A stretch of DNA of 12,875 nt. Origin: a candidate division WOR-3 bacterium. GTDB taxonomy: Bacteria; Hydrothermota; Hydrothermia; JBDRYB01. Shown here piece after piece: positions 8,084 to 12,875 of the stretch. Under the pieces are notes generated by a model. That model had not been told where the DNA came from. It saw only the letters and a program-made list of their open reading frames with translations, and did no database searches. Location: NCBI GenBank assembly GCA_049969615.1, contig JBMFOM010000058.1:1-12875 (forward strand), in the 5' to 3' direction. Both the position numbers and the translations under genes were made by a program. Each line of letters begins with the position of its first letter. Position 1 is the first letter of the stretch.

Positions 8084-9300
8084 AACTCCGTTATTGGCTC
8101 TGATGTGAAGGCCTTCCACCACACCCCATTTGCTTTCTTGAGCACGATGTAGAACCTACTGTCCTCGCCCTCCGCTGAGAGGACTATCTCGCTTACCCTG
8201 TCGTAATCCAGGTCAATTATGCCCACGAGCTCAACCCCATAGAACTCCCCCCTTGAGGACATGGTCTCACCGTAGAGTACCCTTCCTTCCTCTACGACCG
8301 TGTAGAACACGGTTATCCCCCTTCCCCTTGTAGCGTTGCCGAAGACCAGGGACCCGGGCCTGTCCTGCCATACCCAGAACGGCACAACCTGGCTGATGGA
8401 GACATTGTCTGATTTTATTCCCATTGAGTTAAGATAATTACGGCAGGCCAGGATCAGGGAATCCGTGTCAACGTGAGAGGGGCTTAGCGAGTCCCACCAG
8501 AATGCGCGCGAGGGCAGGGCCAGGTAATACACGCCAGGTGTGAACCGGCCTTCAGTCACCTTTATCCGCTCGCCTCTCGCCTCTCCCCTCATCTCGCCGC
8601 CGTGGCCATATAGGTAGAAACTGCCGCTTGCTGTGTCGGGCGGTTGGAGGAACCTTCCGCCGGATAGCTCCAGGATCGGAAACAGCATGGCGATGGAATC
8701 ATCCTCGGCCCAGGCCTCAAGCACGGGCCCGCGACCGGGTTTAACGGAATCCTGATATGGCCAAAGCCCCAGCTCGGGCCCTGGGCCACCCAGAATTATT
8801 GAACCGTAACGGGATCTGATTGCACGGCGTTCATCCTGGCTAAATTTCCTGCCAAAGGTCTTTTCTAGACTATCAAGCGTGCCATGTTGGAAAGCCAGGA
8901 CACACAGTATTGCGCAAGCCTCCTCCAGACCCGGATCCCACGGCGCTTGGCCAGCGAATCGGACTGACCTATAGACCAGGGAGGTGTCCCTGAGTAGCCT
9001 CGCATAGTCTTTCAGGAAGTAAAGTGCCCTGGAGTATACAGTCCTTTCCCTCGGTACCAGCGCGATGGTATCTGCTCTTGCAGAGTCAATAGCGGCAAGA
9101 AGCTCGTCAATACCAGACCTCAGGATTTTCCACCCCTCTGAGGAGGATTCTGTTCTCGCTATGTAATATGCCAGGACAGCAGCCTCGCGCGCCCGAAAAA
9201 CCGCAGACACGAGCCTCTCCGGTGCCGTCCACCTGGGCGGAGCCTGAGGCCTGGCACAAGACAGGATTGCAAGAACGAGGAAAATGGGGACCTTCTTCAC
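8080..9300 (-). CDS. Putative lipoprotein of unknown function
   Basis: From GTG 9300: MKKVPIFLVLAILSC is a basic N-region, hydrophobic core and lipobox Cys. C-terminal DLDYDRVSEIV resembles an FG-GAP/DxDxDG Ca-binding loop. Stop overlaps the hutH stop (CTAG 8080-8083). Alternative start ATG 9312. Confidence 0.75.
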   Translation of the reverse strand: MKKVPIFLVLAILSCARPQAPPRWTAPERLVSAVFRAREAAVLAYYIARTESSSEGWKILRSGIDELLAAIDSARADTIALVPRERTVYSRALYFLKDYARLLRDTSLVYRSVRFAGQAPWDPGLEEACAILCVLAFQHGTLDSLEKTFGRKFSQDERRAIRSRYGSIILGGPGPELGLWPYQDSVKPGRGPVLEAWAEDDSIAMLFPILELSGGRFLQPPDTASGSFYLYGHGGEMRGEARGERIKVTEGRFTPGVYYLALPSRAFWWDSLSPSHVDTDSLILACRNYLNSMGIKSDNVSISQVVPFWVWQDRPGSLVFGNATRGRGITVFYTVVEEGRVLYGETMSSRGEFYGVELVGIIDLDYDRVSEIVLSAEGEDSRFYIVLKKANGVWWKAFTSEPITEF

Positions 9301-9310
9301 GCGAGGGTAC

Positions 9311-9340
9311 ATTTTATTCCTTTCTAATATCGCCTTTCAA
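9311..9340 (-). promoter_or_regulatory. Putative sigma70-type promoter of the lipoprotein gene
   Basis: Minus strand TTGAAA (9340-9335), 18 nt, TAAAAT (9316-9311), 10 nt before GTG 9300. Confidence 0.5.
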
Positions 9341-9364
9341 CCTACTTACTGCGCAGGAAGTAGG
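9341..9364. promoter_or_regulatory. 24-bp near-perfect palindrome (operator or terminator hairpin)
   Basis: CCTACTTACTGCGCAGGAAGTAGG matches its reverse complement at 22 of 24 positions. Confidence 0.5.
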
Positions 9365-9401
9365 ATATAAGACACTTGCGCCGTGTCCATGAGGCCTACC
9401 T

Positions 9402-11108
9402 CTACTTCTTCCTCAGGAACCACAACACCAGACACATGGCCGCGAGCGCGACCGGAGTCCCCCAGACCTGGAAATTAACGAGCTGCGGCAGGCCAAGGCC
9501 CCCAGCGGCAAGCCCCGCAACCAGAAGGCCAGAGAAAGCGTCCCCGGCAATAAGGCCTGACGCGGCAAGGTGCTGGCCATTTGCCCGGAAGGCCCAGGAG
9601 ATTGCCCCACCCAGGAAAAGCCCGGTGGAGAGGTCAAGGGGAAGATAAAGCCCGACCGCGAAGGGCAGGGAGCCTATTCCCATAGCTTCAACAGCGAGGG
9701 CCGCGGCCCCACCAATAAAGATGAGGTGCCAGGGAACGGTTCCCTGGAAAACCCCCTGGGTTATTATGGCCATGATGTTTGCTTGGGGCGCTCGGAGCAC
9801 ACCGCCGGTGAAGCCCCAGGCCTGGTTGAAGAGGAACATTGCCCAGGCAACCACAATGCAAGAGAATGCCACACCGAGCATTTCACCAAATTGTTGTTTC
9901 TTCGGCGTCGCGGCCACCAGGAACCCGGTCTTCAGGTCTTGGGATGTGTCTCCGGCAATCGCGGCTGATATACACACAACGCCAGCCAGGACAAGGGTAG
10001 TCCAGACCGTCCCTGCGCCCAAAAGCTTTATCAACAGCGCGGAAAGGACGACCGCGGCGACCGTCATGCCTGAGATGGGATTTGAAGACGACCCGACTAT
10101 GCCCACGACCCTCGCGGAGACAACCGCAAATAGGAAAGCGAGAACAACAGCGAGCGCCGCACCGACCGGACCCATGGCCGCCGGCGGAACGAGCCAGAGT
10201 ATAAGGAAAATGAGGGCAAGGCCTCCCAAAACATACGCAACTGGAATATCCCTGCTTCCCCTGAGGGAGAAACTGCCAACAAGGCCCCTGAAAACCGGGA
10301 TTATTGCCCTGATGAGGCCAATAATGCCACCAACCAGAACAGCTCCAGCGCCTATGAACCTGAGGTAACTCGCCCATATGGTATCGGCTATCTCGGCAGA
10401 CACAACCGGAGTATTATTGAAAAGGGATATGAGGGGAACGATAACCAGCCAGCCCAATATGCCGCCTGAGAGAACGAACCCGGAGAGCCTTGGACCCAGG
10501 ATGTAGCCAGCACCAACGACAGCGGGGCTGAGGTCAGCACTAATGTATGTCCAGTTAACAGGGAGACCGGGTTTGTCAGAGAAGAAACCTATCCCTCCGA
10601 GTAACCTGTATAGGAAGGCAAAACCTCCTGCCAGGGCTATCGCGCCCGCTCCCCCGCGTTCGCCTGTTCTCAGGACCTGCGCACACGCGGTTCCCTCCGG
10701 AAATGGCAACTGCTCCTCCTCTATGAGGTGGCGCCTTACAATGGAGAGGGCGAGTATTCCGATAAGACCGCCGGTCAAGGCTATCAGGATAACGAGGACA
10801 ACATGAGGCTTTGCGCCGAGTATGAAGAACGCCGGAATGGTGAAGGACACGCCCGCGGCGAGGGATTCCCCCGCAGACGCGATAGTCTGGACCATGTTTG
10901 ACTCGCCTATGCCGCCCCGTGTGAACCTGAACAACGCGACCGCCATGACTGCCGCGGGTATGGAAGCGGAGACGGTCATGCCCATACGAAGGGCAAGATA
11001 CGCGTTCGCCACTCCAAAGACAACAGCAAGCAGAATTCCCGTTATCAGGGCCTTTGCCGAGAGCTCACGCACGAGGAAATTATAGGGGGTAGCCCCTGGC
11101 GCTTGCAC
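9402..11108 (-). CDS. OPT-family oligopeptide transporter
   Basis: RELSAKALITG, ANAYLALRMGMTVSASIPAAV, ESNMVQTIASAGES, LPFPEGTACAQVL, GSSSNPISGMT, GDTSQDLKTGFLV, APQANIMA, FAVGLYLP, ASGLIAG. Start is either GTG 11108 (AGGAGG 7 nt upstream) or GTG 11072 (TATAAT 6 nt upstream). Confidence 0.95.
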   Translation of the reverse strand: MQAPGATPYNFLVRELSAKALITGILLAVVFGVANAYLALRMGMTVSASIPAAVMAVALFRFTRGGIGESNMVQTIASAGESLAAGVSFTIPAFFILGAKPHVVLVILIALTGGLIGILALSIVRRHLIEEEQLPFPEGTACAQVLRTGERGGAGAIALAGGFAFLYRLLGGIGFFSDKPGLPVNWTYISADLSPAVVGAGYILGPRLSGFVLSGGILGWLVIVPLISLFNNTPVVSAEIADTIWASYLRFIGAGAVLVGGIIGLIRAIIPVFRGLVGSFSLRGSRDIPVAYVLGGLALIFLILWLVPPAAMGPVGAALAVVLAFLFAVVSARVVGIVGSSSNPISGMTVAAVVLSALLIKLLGAGTVWTTLVLAGVVCISAAIAGDTSQDLKTGFLVAATPKKQQFGEMLGVAFSCIVVAWAMFLFNQAWGFTGGVLRAPQANIMAIITQGVFQGTVPWHLIFIGGAAALAVEAMGIGSLPFAVGLYLPLDLSTGLFLGGAISWAFRANGQHLAASGLIAGDAFSGLLVAGLAAGGLGLPQLVNFQVWGTPVALAAMCLVLWFLRKK

Positions 11109-11124
11109 CCAGGTTCCTCCTAAG

Positions 11125-11154
11125 AAACAAAAAACAGGGCGAGCCGGTAGCCCT
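11125..11154 (-). terminator. Possible intrinsic terminator/attenuator upstream of the OPT gene
   Basis: Minus strand AGGGC-TACCGGCTC-GCCCT followed by GTTTTTTGTTT; the stem is only 5 bp. Confidence 0.4.
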
Positions 11155-11216
11155 TATGTACTTGGATAGGGCCAAGAAAGGCCAGCCGGGTGAAGGATCA
11201 CAATCCTCCTTCGGAA

Positions 11217-11246
11217 TTGATCCTCCCTTCCCCATGAGTCTATAAT
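11217..11246 (+). promoter_or_regulatory. Putative sigma70-type promoter of the methyltransferase
   Basis: TTGATC (11217-11222), 18 nt, TATAAT (11241-11246). Confidence 0.6.
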
Positions 11247-11306
11247 CTATATCTGGCAAGCAGAAGGAAAGGCACGAGAACCAGCCCATTCGGTTCACCC
11301 GGAAGG

Positions 11307-12146
11307 GTGAGTCACGATTCGTCCAGTTTCTACGCGAGCAGGCTCTACCGGGGCCTTTCCGCTGAGAAAAATGTCAAACAAATTGAAAACCCAGTGCCTC
11401 CTAACTACTTGGACAGGATATTCCTGAAATCCTCGGAGAGAATGGACGAACTGCCGGACTGCTCTGTTCACCTGATGGTTACTTCGCCGCCATACAATGT
11501 TGGCAAGGAATACGATGAGGACCTGAGCCTTGAAGAATATCTCGACTTCCTGAAGAGGGTATGGAAAGAAGTGTACCGGGTCCTGGTTCCGGGTGGTCGG
11601 GCCTGCGTGAACATAGCTAATCTGGGCAGGAAACCATACATCCCCCTTCACGCGTTCGTCATCCGAGACATGCTTGATCTTGGGTTTCTCATGCGGGGAG
11701 AGATAATTTGGAACAAAAACACGAGCTCAAGCCCTTCAACCGCTTGGGGAAGCTGGTGTTCAGCCGCAAACCCTACCCTCAGAGATATGCACGAGTATAT
11801 CCTAATTTTCTCAAAGCAAGGCTTTGGAAGGCCTGGTCGCGGTAAAATCAGCACAATATCTAAGGAGGAATTTCTTCAATACACCAAGAGCGTCTGGGAG
11901 TTCCCCGCGGTATCCGCGAGGCAGGTTGGCCACCCAGCGCCATTTCCGATTGAACTGCCAAGGAGATTGATCCAACTCTACACATTTGAAGGAGAGCTTG
12001 TCCTTGATCCCTTTATGGGTTCTGGCCAGACCGCAATCGCGGCCCTGACCACAGGCCGGCGTTATGTTGGGTACGAAACAGTTCATGAATACATGCAGCT
12101 GGCCAACGAGCGGATAAGATCATTTGAACAGGGCCAAAGCAAATGA
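11307..12146 (+). CDS. Site-specific DNA methyltransferase, beta class (N4-cytosine or N6-adenine)
   Basis: Motif IV VHLMVTSPPYNVG precedes motif I VLDPFMGSG (beta order); also EVYRVLVPGG, EIIWNK, HEYILIFSK, HPAPFPIEL. SPPY favours N4-C. The frame is open upstream to 11238 and the true start may be CTG 11253. Confidence 0.95.
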   Translation: MSHDSSSFYASRLYRGLSAEKNVKQIENPVPPNYLDRIFLKSSERMDELPDCSVHLMVTSPPYNVGKEYDEDLSLEEYLDFLKRVWKEVYRVLVPGGRACVNIANLGRKPYIPLHAFVIRDMLDLGFLMRGEIIWNKNTSSSPSTAWGSWCSAANPTLRDMHEYILIFSKQGFGRPGRGKISTISKEEFLQYTKSVWEFPAVSARQVGHPAPFPIELPRRLIQLYTFEGELVLDPFMGSGQTAIAALTTGRRYVGYETVHEYMQLANERIRSFEQGQSK

Positions 12147-12250
12147 GGCCCATGAAAATCCCACAGGACTTTCATTCTCATGGAAAGATTTCACCATGAT
12201 AAAGGGCGGAACCCCGCGCTTCCCCGATCACGACGGATCAGCGTGACCCT
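12143..12250 (+). pseudogene. Possible frameshifted 5' stump of a gene coupled to the methyltransferase (lost restriction endonuclease?)
   Basis: ATG 12143 overlaps the MTase stop (ATGA) and reads MRPMKIPQDFHSHGKISP then stop (12199); another frame from ATG 12180 reads MERFHHDKGR. The region ends at the IS-like sequence. Confidence 0.25.
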
Positions 12251-12414
12251 GGGCCACCGCAAAGTTTGGGGTCACTAAGAAACATAAAGACTTAGAGAGC
12301 CTTTTGAAAAACCACATTTTATTGAAACCCGGCCTCAGGAAACCCGGATTCCCTCCACTGCTTCTTCTCAGGTGCCTCATCCTCCAGCTTGTGTATAGGC
12401 TCTCAGATAGGGAA
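12251..12414 (+). mobile_element. IS5-family transposase N-terminal fragment (DUF772-like), degenerate
   Basis: KPGFPPLLLLRCLILQLVYRLSDRE (12340-12414) matches the IS5/IS1182-type pattern GRP.YP...ML+.L.LQ..Y.LSDRE; similarity stops abruptly with no DDE domain. GGGCCACCGCAAAG at 12251 may be the left terminal repeat. Confidence 0.65.
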
Positions 12415-12450
12415 TGGTGCCTTTCTCGTCTTAGCGTCCACCCCTTGAGC

Positions 12451-12875
12451 CTACTCAGCCGATACCTGCACCTTTACCCTGTCAATCCTGTAATAGGAGG
12501 GCTTTGTCCTAGTCGCGGCATAAAACAAGGCAGAGCCATCTGAGGAAAAATTGGGCGAGGACGGAACCTCATACGGCCCCCATTCCTTGCCGTTTACGAT
12601 GACATACCGCTTGCCATCGGCCTTCCAGGCCCTAAATCCCCAGGCAGAGCCATCTGAGGAAAAATTGGGCGAGGACGGAACCTCATACGGCCCCCATTCC
12701 TCGCCGTTTACGATGACATAGTGCTTGCCATCGGCCTTCTCGGCCCAAAATCCCCAGGCAGACCCGTCTGAGGAAAAACAGGGCGAGGACGCATACCTAT
12801 ACGGCCCCCATTCCTTGCCGTTTACGATGATATACCACTTGCCATCGGCCTTCTCGGCCCAAAATCCCCAGGCAG
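12451..12875 (-). CDS. 3' part of a tandem-repeat beta-propeller protein (PD40/TolB-like blades), 5' end outside the window
   Basis: Open minus frame 12873-12451: AWGFWAEKADGKWYIIVNGKEWGPYRYASSPCFSSDGS / AWGFWAEKADGKHYVIVNGEEWGPYEVPSSPNFSSDGS / AWGFRAWKADGKRYVIVNGKEWGPYEVPSSPNFSSDGS / ALFYAATRTKPSYYRIDRVKVQVSAE*. PxFSSDGS resembles the PxFSPDG blade motif. Confidence 0.85.
   Translation of the reverse strand, partial: AWGFWAEKADGKWYIIVNGKEWGPYRYASSPCFSSDGSAWGFWAEKADGKHYVIVNGEEWGPYEVPSSPNFSSDGSAWGFRAWKADGKRYVIVNGKEWGPYEVPSSPNFSSDGSALFYAATRTKPSYYRIDRVKVQVSAE
12529..12875 (-). repeat. 114-bp coding tandem repeat, at least 3 units
   Basis: GGCAG recurs at 12529, 12643, 12757 and 12871. Units 12760-12873, 12646-12759 and 12532-12645 differ at 14 and 6 of 114 nt between neighbours (hand count). 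Confidence 0.97.

Noticed and set aside
9376-11085. Plus-strand ORFs opposite the OPT gene (e.g. 9721-10368, 215 aa) and other alternative-frame ORFs inside the main genes
   Set aside because: Shadow frames of well-supported genes with no recognisable motifs.
11080-11298. 72-aa minus-strand ORF in the OPT-MTase interval
   Set aside because: No motifs; it overlaps predicted promoters, a terminator-like hairpin and the extended MTase N-terminus.
12304-12543. 79-aa plus-strand ORF as an intact gene
   Set aside because: Its first 37 codons are a transposase fragment and the tail runs antisense into the propeller gene.
12529-12875. CRISPR array
   Set aside because: Units are 114 bp, similar along their whole length, have no unique spacers and keep an open reading frame.
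12529-12875. Diversity-generating retroelement template/variable repeats
   Set aside because: Several changes fit AAN-type codons, but AAC and AAG codons stay invariant across units, some changes involve G/C at third positions, and no reverse transcriptase is in the window.

Overview
Bacterial chromosomal window. Left to right: a possible IS end (1-82); a complete rod-shape operon mreB-mreC-mreD-mrdA(PBP2)-rodA; a DxDD/QW-motif (class II terpene cyclase/prenyltransferase-like) protein; and a stand-alone histidine ammonia-lyase (hutH) converging on a lipoprotein gene. Next come an OPT-family peptide transporter (minus strand), a divergent beta-class DNA methyltransferase with no intact partner endonuclease, and an IS5-type transposase fragment. 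The window ends in the 3' part of a minus-strand beta-propeller gene built from near-identical 114-bp repeats, absent from the ORF track. Main observations: (1) the propeller repeats differ almost only by non-synonymous changes at a few codons; (2) six genes have a TATAAT/TAAAAT box 6-10 nt before the likely start, suggesting leaderless translation, including a probable CTG start; (3) a 23-codon ORF with heptamer repeats is ATGA-coupled to both mrdA and rodA; (4) structured intergenic regions lie between mreB and mreC and upstream of the OPT gene. All homology calls are from motif recognition, not database searches.
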